Shown here piece by piece: positions 8,501 to 18,400 of a stretch of 39,190 nt of DNA (its first letter is position 1; each line of letters starts with the position of its first letter). The DNA is taken from positions 1 through 39,190 of the forward strand of contig CAINWY010000125.1 in NCBI GenBank assembly GCA_903854645.1, given 5' to 3'. Both the position numbers and the translations under genes were made by a program. Source of the stretch: an uncultured bacterium (GTDB taxonomy: Bacteria; Patescibacteriota; Minisyncoccia; Phycocordibacterales; UBA9973). The notes below the pieces were generated by a model that saw nothing but the letters and a program-made list of their open reading frames with translations, searched no databases and had not been told where the DNA came from.

Positions 8501-9580
8501 TTAACTATCTTTTGCTAAAATCTTTTTCTGCTCAACATCATCTAAAAATTCAAACAGGCATACAGCAAAAGGAACAGCTAGAATAACTCCCCAGAAACCA
8601 GCTAATTCTAATCCAATAAGAATGGAAAGTATTATGACTAGAGGAGAAATACCTATAACCTTTTTAATTACTAAAGGATATATGAGATATGCCTCAAATT
8701 GATGCAGAATAAAATACAGAGCAATAGTTAGTACCGCCAATGTTGCGCCACCATCTAAAAATGAAAACATAACAGCAGGAACTACGGCTAGATAAATACC
8801 AAAAGGAATTATTTCAAAAAAACCGGTTATAATAGCCAAAACCAGAGAATACTTGACCCCCAAAATAGTAAGCCCTAAATATGTAAGTACACCTATTATT
8901 AAACCTATCATCATCTGCCCTTGCATCCAAAGACCTATTTTATGCTCTGTGCGCTGCCACAAATCTATAATGTATTCTTCGCTTTCATCGGGAATAATAA
9001 CACGAAGAAAATTCTCAATCCCTTTTTCTTTAATAGATAAATAAAATGAAATAATAACTATGAGTACAAGATTTAATAAGCTTCCAAATACCTGACTGAA
9101 TACATTAAATAAACCACCAGAAAGATTACTGGCTAGGTTCTGCGTGCTCGAGATAAGGTCACCTAATGTTCCATGAGAAGATATAGTGCTAACGACACCC
9201 TTTGCTCCTGAAATTGCAGCTGGTTGGAAGGTATTGAGCAAACTGCCATCAGGAATATACTGGCTTAAAGAGGAAACAAGTAGTGACATTTCATCTAAAA
9301 ATACAGGAATAAAAACTGAAGCTAACCCAATCAAAATACTAAATGTTAATATATATATCAAGAAAACAGCAAAAACACGATTCTTTATATACTTCTTCAT
9401 CCTCTTTACTGCAGATTCTATAAATGAAGCTATTACTATTGCAGTAAGTACAATAAAAATTATATTTACGAGCTTAATAGCCAAAAATACTAGGCCTGCT
9501 ATGATCAAAATCCTGACCATTGTTCCAGTTGATATACTAACTTTTACGTTTTTTTGATTTTCACTCATATTTAATATCAT
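8501..9580 (-). CDS. AI-2E (PerM/UPF0118) family membrane transporter
   Basis: 359 aa with about 8 hydrophobic helices and a family-typical layout. A second in-frame ATG at 9568 (MSENQKN) lies 7 nt downstream of a TGaTATGAT extended -10 and may be the true start. Confidence 0.7.
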   Translation of the reverse strand: MILNMSENQKNVKVSISTGTMVRILIIAGLVFLAIKLVNIIFIVLTAIVIASFIESAVKRMKKYIKNRVFAVFLIYILTFSILIGLASVFIPVFLDEMSLLVSSLSQYIPDGSLLNTFQPAAISGAKGVVSTISSHGTLGDLISSTQNLASNLSGGLFNVFSQVFGSLLNLVLIVIISFYLSIKEKGIENFLRVIIPDESEEYIIDLWQRTEHKIGLWMQGQMMIGLIIGVLTYLGLTILGVKYSLVLAIITGFFEIIPFGIYLAVVPAVMFSFLDGGATLAVLTIALYFILHQFEAYLIYPLVIKKVIGISPLVIILSILIGLELAGFWGVILAVPFAVCLFEFLDDVEQKKILAKDS

Positions 9581-9622
9581 ATCACTCCAAAGTAAATTCC
9601 GCCAATTTGAAAATATTTCTAA

Positions 9623-10894
9623 CTAGAATTTTAAAACATCGAGGAATGGAGTGTTTTCCTTATATGGCCCGATAATTGCAAGATTTAAATTTTTAGTTTT
9701 AAATATGATTTTTGCCATTTTTTGTATATCGAGAACTGTAACTTTTTTAATCTCTTTTATTTTCTCTTCCAGTGTTTTGATCTCTCTCTTCATAAGTTCC
9801 TGACTTCCATAATAATTTGCTATATCATCAGTTGCTTCGAGAGACATCTTTGTGTTCCCTATTATCAAAGCTTTTACTTTATCTAATTCCTTTTCTGTTA
9901 CCTTTTCATTAATTAATAAATTACATTCCTTTATAATTTCCTTTAGAACTTCAACAACTCTTTCATTGTTTACACCTGCAGAAATTTGGAAAGATCCATG
10001 ATCAAGTGATGGCTGATTGTACGCCCTGACATAATAAGCAACCCCCATCTCTTCACGTAGCTTACTGAAAAGTCGTGAACTCATACCGGCACCCAAAACA
10101 CCCCCAAGCATAGCTACTGTCATATTCCTCTTATCAAAAATATCAAAACTCCTAACTCCAAATACAAAATGAGTCTGGTCAGTTTCTTTATAAGAAATTT
10201 TTATATTAGGCTCGTCTTGAGTATCTTTTGTTTTAGGCTTCTTCCCACTCTTATTCAAAGGAACATCTTTAAAATATTTATTTACTTCTTTGTAAACTTC
10301 TTCGCTCGTTACATTCCCTGCAACTATTACAACAGTATTATCTGCTACGTAATGTTTTTTCTTATATTCTACAAAATTATCACGAACCATTTTCTGTATG
10401 TTATCTTTGGTTCCTAATGTGCTTCTGCCTGCTGGCTGGTCACCATAGAGAACCTCGCCAAACAAGTCTTGTACGTGGGCTTGCGGCATATCCTCATACA
10501 TATTAATCTCCTCAATAATTACTCCTTTTTCTTTTTCCATTTCAGCCAGAGGAAAAGTAGAATTTAAATATATGTCAGATACAATATCAAACATCTGATT
10601 GAAATTTTTGCTATCACCCTTTGCATAATACCCTGTATATTCTTCGCTCGTAAAAGCATTATACTGGCATCCAAGGGCATCAAGCTCGTGAGATATAATC
10701 TTTGGAGAATTTCTCTTCAGTGTCCCTTTAAAACACATATGTTCCAAAAAATGAGAAATGCCATTGATTTCTTTGGGCTCATAATCACTCCCTGTCCCTA
10801 CTAATACTAATACTGTAACTGTCGGATTATCTTTCATTGGTACTGTAATCACCCGAAGTCCATTCTTATATGTTTTCTTTTTAGCTTTTTGCAT
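9623..10894 (-). CDS. M16 (pitrilysin/insulinase) family zinc peptidase
   Basis: Inverted zinc motif HFLEH (..SHFLEHMCFKGT..) and a two-domain length of 423 aa. Confidence 0.85.
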   Translation of the reverse strand: MQKAKKKTYKNGLRVITVPMKDNPTVTVLVLVGTGSDYEPKEINGISHFLEHMCFKGTLKRNSPKIISHELDALGCQYNAFTSEEYTGYYAKGDSKNFNQMFDIVSDIYLNSTFPLAEMEKEKGVIIEEINMYEDMPQAHVQDLFGEVLYGDQPAGRSTLGTKDNIQKMVRDNFVEYKKKHYVADNTVVIVAGNVTSEEVYKEVNKYFKDVPLNKSGKKPKTKDTQDEPNIKISYKETDQTHFVFGVRSFDIFDKRNMTVAMLGGVLGAGMSSRLFSKLREEMGVAYYVRAYNQPSLDHGSFQISAGVNNERVVEVLKEIIKECNLLINEKVTEKELDKVKALIIGNTKMSLEATDDIANYYGSQELMKREIKTLEEKIKEIKKVTVLDIQKMAKIIFKTKNLNLAIIGPYKENTPFLDVLKF

Positions 10895-10900
10895 AAGGCT

Positions 10901-10909
10901 ATTTTAGCA
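10901..10909 (-). promoter_or_regulatory. Extended -10 box (TGCTAAAAT) 6 nt upstream of the M16 peptidase ATG
   Basis: Minus strand reads TGC TAAAAT AGCCTT ATG. It lies directly downstream of the glyQS terminator. Confidence 0.45.
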
Positions 10910-10924
10910 CATTTTAACAATATT

Positions 10925-10961
10925 AAAAATCTCCACTAGGTCATACCTAGTGGAGATTTTT
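10925..10961 (-). terminator. Intrinsic terminator after glyQS
   Basis: Perfect 16-bp stem AAAAATCTCCACTAGG / CCTAGTGGAGATTTTT with a 5-nt loop. The U-run is part of, and follows, the 3' arm on the minus strand. Confidence 0.8.
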
Positions 10962-10964
10962 AAT

Positions 10965-12260
10965 TTAATTCATCCTCTCTTTTATATAATCTATTATGTC
11001 TACCTTCTTTATTCTTTCTTGGACTCCTGTATCACGATCACGTATTGTGACTGTATCATCTGTAAGAGTATCAAAGTCTACAACTATGCACCAAGGTGTA
11101 CCTATCTCATCTTGCCTTCTGTAACGCTTTCCGATGTTTCCATTATCATCCCACATGACACGTCCAAATTCATCTTTTAATGTGCGATAAAGTATATGCG
11201 CATAATCGCGAAGTTCAGGCTTATTTTTCAATAGTGGGGAAACTGCACATACGACAGGAGCTACGGACGGCTTAAATGCTAAATATGGTCTCGTCTCGAT
11301 ACCTCCATTGTCTTCTGTATAAGCACTGAGCATAAGAGCCAATACAGTCCTATCTACTCCAAAGGTGGGCTCTATAACGTGAGGTACTATCTTGCTACTG
11401 GTTTCCTCGTCTTGATAAATAAGATTATGGCTCTTTAAGTCAAAATCCGTTCTATATGCAAGCCCGTAAAGTTCCTTCAATCCAAATGGAAAGTCAAACT
11501 CGAAATCAATAGTCCTCTTGGAGTAGTGGGCCAAATCTTCCTTCTCTACCTCGAGCTCATGAACCTTATTCATATCTATACCCATACCCTCCATCCACGC
11601 AAGCATTTCATCCTTCCAATATTCAAAATATTTTTCCCAATCTTCGTCTTTTATAAAATATTCAATCTCCATTTGTTCAAACTCCCTTACGCGAAAAATA
11701 AAATCCCTCGGAGTAATTTCATTCCTAAATGCTTTTCCAATTTGTGCCATACCAAAAGGTAGTTTTGGGTGAAAAGAATCTATTATGTTTTTGAAATTTA
11801 CAAACATACCTTGCGCTGTCTCAGGACGAAGATACACGGTAGAAGAAGAATCTTCAACTGCACCAATTTGGGTCTTGAACATGCCATTAAATTTACGTGA
11901 CAAACCTGTGTCACCACCACACTCATCACACTTACCTTTTTCTTTTAGGTGATCCTCGCGAAATCTCTTATGACATTTACCACATTCAACAAGCGCTTCG
12001 GTAAAAGTATCTACATGCCCTGATGCTTGCCATACAGCACTATTCATAAGAATAGCAGCGTCTACTCCATACATATCAACTCTTCCATCTACAAATTTCT
12101 TCCACCAAAGAGTTTTGATATTATTTTTTAATGCCACTCCTAGTGGCCCGTAATCAAATGTCCCTGCAAGTCCTCCATATATTTCAGAGCCAGGGTAAAT
12201 AAAACCTCTCCTTTTACAAAGCGATGTAATCTTCTCCATTAATTTTTCATCTTTTTCCAT
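10965..12260 (-). CDS. glyQS: Glycine--tRNA ligase (homodimeric class II type)
   Basis: RGFIYPGSEIYGGLAGTFDYGPLG, FRNEITPRDFIFR and FGVDR motifs, plus a C-terminal anticodon-binding domain. Confidence 0.9.
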   Translation of the reverse strand: MEKDEKLMEKITSLCKRRGFIYPGSEIYGGLAGTFDYGPLGVALKNNIKTLWWKKFVDGRVDMYGVDAAILMNSAVWQASGHVDTFTEALVECGKCHKRFREDHLKEKGKCDECGGDTGLSRKFNGMFKTQIGAVEDSSSTVYLRPETAQGMFVNFKNIIDSFHPKLPFGMAQIGKAFRNEITPRDFIFRVREFEQMEIEYFIKDEDWEKYFEYWKDEMLAWMEGMGIDMNKVHELEVEKEDLAHYSKRTIDFEFDFPFGLKELYGLAYRTDFDLKSHNLIYQDEETSSKIVPHVIEPTFGVDRTVLALMLSAYTEDNGGIETRPYLAFKPSVAPVVCAVSPLLKNKPELRDYAHILYRTLKDEFGRVMWDDNGNIGKRYRRQDEIGTPWCIVVDFDTLTDDTVTIRDRDTGVQERIKKVDIIDYIKERMN

Positions 12261-12282
12261 ATATTTGTATTTTAATTAGTAA

Positions 12283-14157
12283 TTACTGTATAACACGTTC
12301 GAGGCCATTCTTAAAGTTTGGATCATTTGATAATAACGTATTTATAGACATATACCTACTATTAATTACTGTGCCCGAGAATACATCTGTGCCTACTAGA
12401 TAGAGATCTTTCATGAGTTGAGGGGTGCTATCTACTTGTGATATCGAAGGAGTGAGAGCTATTGTAAATACTGCTTCACGATTATTTACGCCACCCGTAT
12501 TAGCTTTTACAGATCCTATATCCCAAATAACTTCTCTAGTTACATCATTATAAGTTACATTTTCTCGAGATGATATACTGCCAACCCATTTTACATAAAC
12601 AGGTAAAACTGACCGCGCCACAGCTCCCGATATTGCATTTGTAGAATTACGTAAAGTCCAAGTAACATTATATTTTGTTTCAACTTCTGCTTTTGGTGGA
12701 AATGCCCCTTCCTTATATGTTGCACTAGAAACAATTTGTAAATCTGACAAGAATTTAACTACTTTCTTTGAGAAGTTATTTATATCTGTATATGTAGAAC
12801 CAAGCGACGGCTCTCTTCCCTTAATACTTACATCTATAGAAATTTGTGGATCAGCTATATTTGTTTTTAAATCCCTTGCCAATAGAGACTTCATGCTAAA
12901 CGATACTACGCCTTTTACACCTGGCTCGATATTTGCTAAATCAGAACTTGAATTTTTGTCCCAAATTATTCGATTATTCAATGAATCAAAGAAGCCATCA
13001 GTAGGCTTAATCGACATTCTGTCCAAAACATTTCCACTTATATTTGCAATTATTTCTCCATCTGTAATTCTATTTGGTAAATTATTTGCCCAAGATATTC
13101 TTACGTTTATAGTATCACCCAGAACTGAAGTATTATCGACTAATATATTTGCTTCTATAAAAGGCTTGGTTATAAGAATGGAATGAAGAAGAGAATTATA
13201 AACTACATTTATAGTAGATTTATCAGAGAGTGTAGTTGTACCTGCATAGACATGGAAAACTTGCTGGTCTTTGTCCTCGCCAATAATCCTACCTTTTACA
13301 ACAACAGAGATTGGATTAGTTAGAGTCAAATCTTTCAAACTCCACATTGCATTACCAAAAGACGGCTCGGGTATCGAACTTTCATATATAAAATTATTAG
13401 GATATGTTACTTGCATTACTGCATCTCCACTTGGCAATGAGGTATTGAGTGTTGCCTTCACGGTAAAAGATACTGGCTGGTCAGATGTAACAGTATCTGG
13501 TCCATCAATAGTTAATGATAGTGGGGCTGAACTTATATTTACACTATAATTCTTTGCTTTGGTAAAAATAGCATTCGATCCCTGTGGATGATAATCGAAT
13601 GAAATTACAACACTTCGGTCTGATCTCTCATCTCCAAAAAGTACAACTTTGATATTCTTTGTAATGGTTTCTCCTGGTTTAATTGTACCTATATTTATGC
13701 GTGACAAGCGCACTACATCTGTCGGGTTGTCACTTGCTCCACTAGGATATGATACAAGAAGATTAGCAAGCTCAAGATTTGCCTTGTTATTATTTGTAAC
13801 TTCTATTTGAAGAGGTAATTCTTCTCCTCCTTTAGTAAAGGCGTTACCTATAACTGTTATGTCAATCTTGTCACTCGAAACTGATGAATCAACATTGTAA
13901 AACATATATACAGCGTAACCTAGGGCCATAAAGAAAAATATAATTGATGCTATAAAAAACTTTTTAAAAATTGATGTCTTTGGTTTTTTCATTGAACTCA
14001 AGGAATTATTGATCTCTTCATTTCTCCATTCAGGCTCTACTTTATGATTTATCTGGTGTAAAACTCCATCGCTATGTCTGTGTGTAACTGTATCTATAGG
14101 GTCATATAAATGACGCTTAATATCTTCAATTTTGTTTTGGTGTTCATTTTCTGACAT
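12283..14157 (-). CDS. Hypothetical bitopic membrane protein with a large beta-rich extracytoplasmic region
   Basis: Start set at ATG 14157 (MSENEHQNK), because the TTG at 14196 in the track lies inside the promoter/terminator region. The protein has a ~75-aa cytoplasmic head, one TM helix (FFIASIIFFFMALGYAVYMFY) and then ~530 aa rich in T/S/N/V with repeated beta-sandwich-like segments. I recognised no catalytic motif. Confidence 0.6.
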   Translation of the reverse strand: MSENEHQNKIEDIKRHLYDPIDTVTHRHSDGVLHQINHKVEPEWRNEEINNSLSSMKKPKTSIFKKFFIASIIFFFMALGYAVYMFYNVDSSVSSDKIDITVIGNAFTKGGEELPLQIEVTNNNKANLELANLLVSYPSGASDNPTDVVRLSRINIGTIKPGETITKNIKVVLFGDERSDRSVVISFDYHPQGSNAIFTKAKNYSVNISSAPLSLTIDGPDTVTSDQPVSFTVKATLNTSLPSGDAVMQVTYPNNFIYESSIPEPSFGNAMWSLKDLTLTNPISVVVKGRIIGEDKDQQVFHVYAGTTTLSDKSTINVVYNSLLHSILITKPFIEANILVDNTSVLGDTINVRISWANNLPNRITDGEIIANISGNVLDRMSIKPTDGFFDSLNNRIIWDKNSSSDLANIEPGVKGVVSFSMKSLLARDLKTNIADPQISIDVSIKGREPSLGSTYTDINNFSKKVVKFLSDLQIVSSATYKEGAFPPKAEVETKYNVTWTLRNSTNAISGAVARSVLPVYVKWVGSISSRENVTYNDVTREVIWDIGSVKANTGGVNNREAVFTIALTPSISQVDSTPQLMKDLYLVGTDVFSGTVINSRYMSINTLLSNDPNFKNGLERVIQ

Positions 14158-14164
14158 ATTTATT

Positions 14165-14170
14165 ATTATA
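14165..14170 (-). promoter_or_regulatory. -10 box TATAAT 7 nt upstream of the ATG at 14157
   Basis: Minus strand reads GGAG TATAAT AATAAAT ATG. It lies downstream of the recO terminator. Confidence 0.4.
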
Positions 14171-14201
14171 CTCCAATTTTTTAAAATTGTAATCAATTTA
14201 T

Positions 14202-14239
14202 AAAAAATGCAGTCCAGCGAGATTTATCGAGTCGTGGAC
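14202..14239 (-). terminator. Intrinsic terminator after recO
   Basis: Minus-strand hairpin GUCCA-CGA..UCG-C-UGGAC (14212-14239) followed by UGCAUUUUUU. Confidence 0.55.
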
Positions 14240-14247
14240 ATAAAAAT

Positions 14248-14832
14248 TTAAAGTTGACTCTCGTTTAATGCTTTATTTATATGTGACAATATAGAGCGTT
14301 TTTCAAGAAGTAATATCTCAGTATTCTCTATATTAATAGAACCATCTAGATAATTCTTTAACATATCGGATTCCCCTATATAGCCAAGTTGGTCCATAAT
14401 TCGAAGAACTAGATGAATCTCAAGTGCTTCACGAGACGAATCTAAAATACTCTCACTGTCTAATAAATAAAGACTTTGTATAAAATCATCAAAAATTTTT
14501 TCATTTGATTGTTCCCCATCACAAAGCCGTTCGAGTAATTTACTCACACGAGCAATTATAAGAAGTGATGCCTTTGACGAACGAGCATAAGGGAAAGTTG
14601 TAATATTCCTGGAGGAAGTCACACGCCAAATATCCTTGCCACGAACTAGATCAATATTTGAATAGGACAAATCCTGAAGAGCAAAACGGAGCTTGGATTT
14701 ATGTAATCTTATCCCCTGTACCATTGCTCGCACAAGCCCCATCTCACGCGTGTAAATCGTTAGCATCTTATTCGCCTCTCCTTTATTTACCGAACTTAAT
14801 ATAAATCCGTTTGTGTGATAGATGTGATGCAT
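14248..14832 (-). CDS. recO: DNA repair protein RecO, short form
   Basis: RecO-like N-terminal OB-fold pattern (GFILSSVNKGEANKMLTIYTREMGLVRAMVQG). It is 194 aa and has no Cys-rich zinc motif. Confidence 0.7.
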   Translation of the reverse strand: MHHIYHTNGFILSSVNKGEANKMLTIYTREMGLVRAMVQGIRLHKSKLRFALQDLSYSNIDLVRGKDIWRVTSSRNITTFPYARSSKASLLIIARVSKLLERLCDGEQSNEKIFDDFIQSLYLLDSESILDSSREALEIHLVLRIMDQLGYIGESDMLKNYLDGSINIENTEILLLEKRSILSHINKALNESQL

Positions 14833-14846
14833 TTTATAAAAACTAA

Positions 14847-15416
14847 TTACAAATTTTTTGTCATTTTTAATAAAGCTTCTAATGCTTGTGGTAATTCATA
14901 CCAGCCTTCACCACCTCTTAGGTGACCACCATTTGGTATTGAAATTAAATTACAGTTTAATTTAGCAGAATAATATTCCGCATCGGAGAATGGAACGTTT
15001 GGGTCATTGTCTCCATGAATAATGGTAAAATTCTTGCATACATTTTTGATTAGTTTGAAATTAAATGGCATATCTATAAAGCTATTCACCTTTTCATAGC
15101 TTTCCTTTTCTATTTGAGTATATGGACCAGAAACTAGTAATGCTCCACCAATTTTAGTATTTTGGTCTAACCCTTCTAGATAATGTAAAATAGTAGGAAC
15201 TCCTAGTGAATGACCAACTAGAAATATCTCTTCTGTAGGAATCGGGACTGCAACGTTTATAGTTTTAATCCACTCACTTTTTTCTGGCATATCTGGAGCT
15301 GGCATAGGCAAAGCACATGCATATATATCGTTTTTACTTAATTCACCCATAAGCCAAGGTGCCCATCCAGAGTTGGGCTTACCATTAAATCCATGTATTA
15401 TAAATACTTTTTTCAT
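14847..15416 (-). CDS. Alpha/beta serine hydrolase, YdeN/RBBP9-like
   Basis: 189 aa. KVFIIHGFNG, the nucleophile elbow GHSLG, and late Asp/His candidates (HGDNDPNVP, NGGH). It begins 4 nt after the ileS stop. Confidence 0.7.
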   Translation of the reverse strand: MKKVFIIHGFNGKPNSGWAPWLMGELSKNDIYACALPMPAPDMPEKSEWIKTINVAVPIPTEEIFLVGHSLGVPTILHYLEGLDQNTKIGGALLVSGPYTQIEKESYEKVNSFIDMPFNFKLIKNVCKNFTIIHGDNDPNVPFSDAEYYSAKLNCNLISIPNGGHLRGGEGWYELPQALEALLKMTKNL

Positions 15417-15420
15417 ACCT

Positions 15421-18400
15421 CTATTTTACCACATTTACAATAAATACAAGTTCAGATATTTTTACTTCCACTCCATTATTTTCTTTAATTTTAGTGCCGT
15501 TTGCTCCAACTGCTTTCAATAAATCAGTTTTAAATTTATTTAGTAAATCTTCACCTTCTTTACTGGTTGAAATTTCAAGATTTATTATATCATTTGGATT
15601 TAACCCCATCTTCTTTCTCATATCTTGGATAGCACGAACTAGCTCACGGTAATTCCCTTCTTGTTTTAATTCTTCTGTAATATTTGTATCTAGTTCTACC
15701 TTTTTTTCTTCCCCCTCCATTATTTTAATTTCTTTTACATTCAACTCATCTTTAACTATTTCTTCATATTCTTTTCTTAATTCGTAATTCGTAATTATTA
15801 ATTCTTTTAGTGGTTGCCTTACTGGTATCCCTACTTTTTGTCTTGCTTGTAGGCCAAGAGTTACAATCTCTCGAACTTCTTTCATATCTGAAACAACTTT
15901 TTGGCTTGCCTCGTCGTAGCCTTGTGCGAAGACGGGCCAATCAACCAAGTGTATACTTTCTAAATCCTTATCATTCTTTAATTTCTGCCAGATGTCTTCA
16001 GACGCAAATGGCGCAAATGGAGCCATTATTTTTACCAATGTTTTTAACACATAGTATAAAGTTGCCTTAGCTTCTATATCTCCATCCTTCAGTCTTTCAC
16101 GAGACCTACGAACATACCAAGTAGAAAGATCGTCCATAAAGTCACGCATCCCGCGGACTGGCTCTAAAAGCTTATATACCTCTAGGCTATTTGTAGTAAG
16201 CAGAGTAAGTTGATGCAATCTTGCCAATATCCATAAATCTAAAACATTTTTACTTTCTATTTTAGATTCATCAGTTTCCAAGCTTTTATCTCTATACAAT
16301 TCGTAGAAAGCCAAAACATTATAAAGTAAATTGAAAACTTTATTATGAAGCTCACCCACTGTCTTCTCGTCAAAGTTCTTTGGTTCTCCTGGTTGATTCA
16401 CTCCATACATCCAAAGTCTCAAAGTATCTACTCCATACTTTTCAATCATACTTATAGGATCGACAACATTACCTACTGACTTACTCATCTTCTTTCCATT
16501 TGCATCTAGAAGAAGCCCAAGACAAATAACATTCTTGTAAGCTTTGCCTTTACCCATTAGTACTCCAACTGCGTGCAAAGTATAGAACCATCCACGAGTC
16601 TGATCCATCGCTTCACTTATAAAATCTGCGGGATACCCACCTCCCTTTTCTATCAAATCCTTATTTTCAAAAGGATAATGACTCTGCGAGAAAGGCATTG
16701 TACCTGAATCAAGCCATACATCCATAACTTCCTTCTCTCTTTTCAATTTTCCACCGCACTCACAAACCAAATCTATCTCATCTATAAAAGGCTTGTGTAA
16801 ATCTAGCTCAAAATTCTTGTTGTGTGGAAGCCTGCTAAAATTAACTTCTCTTATTTCAGCATTCTTTAAATATGAGGGAAAATGCAAATCTGTAGGTAGC
16901 GTTTCAAAACTAAAACCTTGTACAACATGATACAGTGCACTACTCTCGCCTGCATGCCCAACAAAAAGAATATTTTTGCCACTATATTTATTATCTGTAT
17001 CATAGATCATTTTACCAACACGGTATACAACCTGTGCGTAACTCTCTCCGTTAGGCAGAACCTCAAATGGATGATTCAGATAATCTTTACAATAATATTC
17101 TTCAAATGCATCTCTCGACTTTCCTTGAAAATCTGAGCTTACATCCCATTCCTTTTCTAGATCAGTGTATATGACATTCTCTAAAGGAAATCCCATATGT
17201 TCACAAATAATTCTTGTTGTCTCTCTAGTTCTTACGAGTGGTGATGCAATTATAATATCTATTTTCTCTTTAAAATGCTTTATGCTCTCTTTTACTTGCT
17301 CTATACCTTTTTCTGTCAGTTTACAATTAATTGAATCCTCCTCATTTAGTATTACCTCGCTCGTATTACAGACAGCTTCTCCGTGTCTTATTACCCAGTA
17401 TTTATTTTCAGATTTTTTTGTTCTTTTTTTCAAATCTTCTATACTCCCTACCACTTCTCTCTTCTCGCAAAGATCGCAAGTCCAAACTGGTAATGGAGTA
17501 CCCCAGTAACGCTCACGAGATATGGCCCAATCCTTTATCTCTTTTAGCCACTCTCCAAAACGCCCTTCCTTGATATATGAAGGCTCCCAATTTATACTTT
17601 TGTTCTCTTCTATCAACTCTTTCTTAATTTTTGGATCTGACATTTTTATATACCAAGAATCACGCGCATAGTAAATCAATGCTGTCTTACAACGCCAGCA
17701 ATGTGGATATGAGTGCTCGTACTTTTCCTTTTTAAATAGAAGTCCTCTATGCGCCAAATCTTTAATAATATCTACAGCGACATCTTCGTCGCGGACATTT
17801 CTACCTTCCAAGAATTCTGTACCTGTTAGAAACTTTCCATCTAGCCCCACCATATGATGCTTCGGCAAACCTATCTCATTACCCAAATTAAAGTCATCAA
17901 CTCCATACATGACAGCCGTATGTACAACACCTGTACCATCCTCTGTTGTAACAAAAGTGGCAGAATATACTTTAAATGCTTTTTCTAGTTTTGGTTTTTC
18001 AATTACTGAAATAGTACTTGATAGATAAGGGTACAATGGCTCATATTCTAAACCAACCAATTCTTTTCCTTTCATCTCTTCTACTATTTCATATGCACCT
18101 TCTATTATAGAGAGACGTGCTTTAGCGAGAATATAAAAAGCTCCATCTGCATTCATTTTTATTTTTACGTAAATAATTTTCTCTCCTACTGCAAGAGCAA
18201 CATTCCCGGGAAGTGTCCAAGGTGTTGTAGTCCATGCCAATATATAAGTATTCTCCTGCCCTTTTATTCTAAACTTTGCAGTTACAGATAAATCCTTCAC
18301 ATCTACATAACCTTGTGCAAGCTCGTGTGAGGATAGAGTCGTACCACAACGTGGACACCAAGGAACAACTTTATAATCTTTATAAAGTAATTTTTTATCA

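Noticed and set aside
15778-15805. The heptad-repeat copy inside ileS might mark a former gene boundary or fusion point.
   Set aside because: The encoded peptide (KELIITNYELRKEYEEIVKDELNVK) lies within the normal conserved C-terminal region of type-2 IleRS, so the ORF is continuous and native. The copy is kept only as a note in the repeat finding.
16813-17415. The ileS insert might be an intein, a mobile insertion or an assembly chimera.
   Set aside because: - It has no intein splice-junction residues or endonuclease motifs, and no repeats or target duplications at its borders.
- It is perfectly in frame, with the same composition as the host gene and intact IleRS motifs on both sides.
- A chimera cannot be fully excluded without reads, so that check is listed under the finding.
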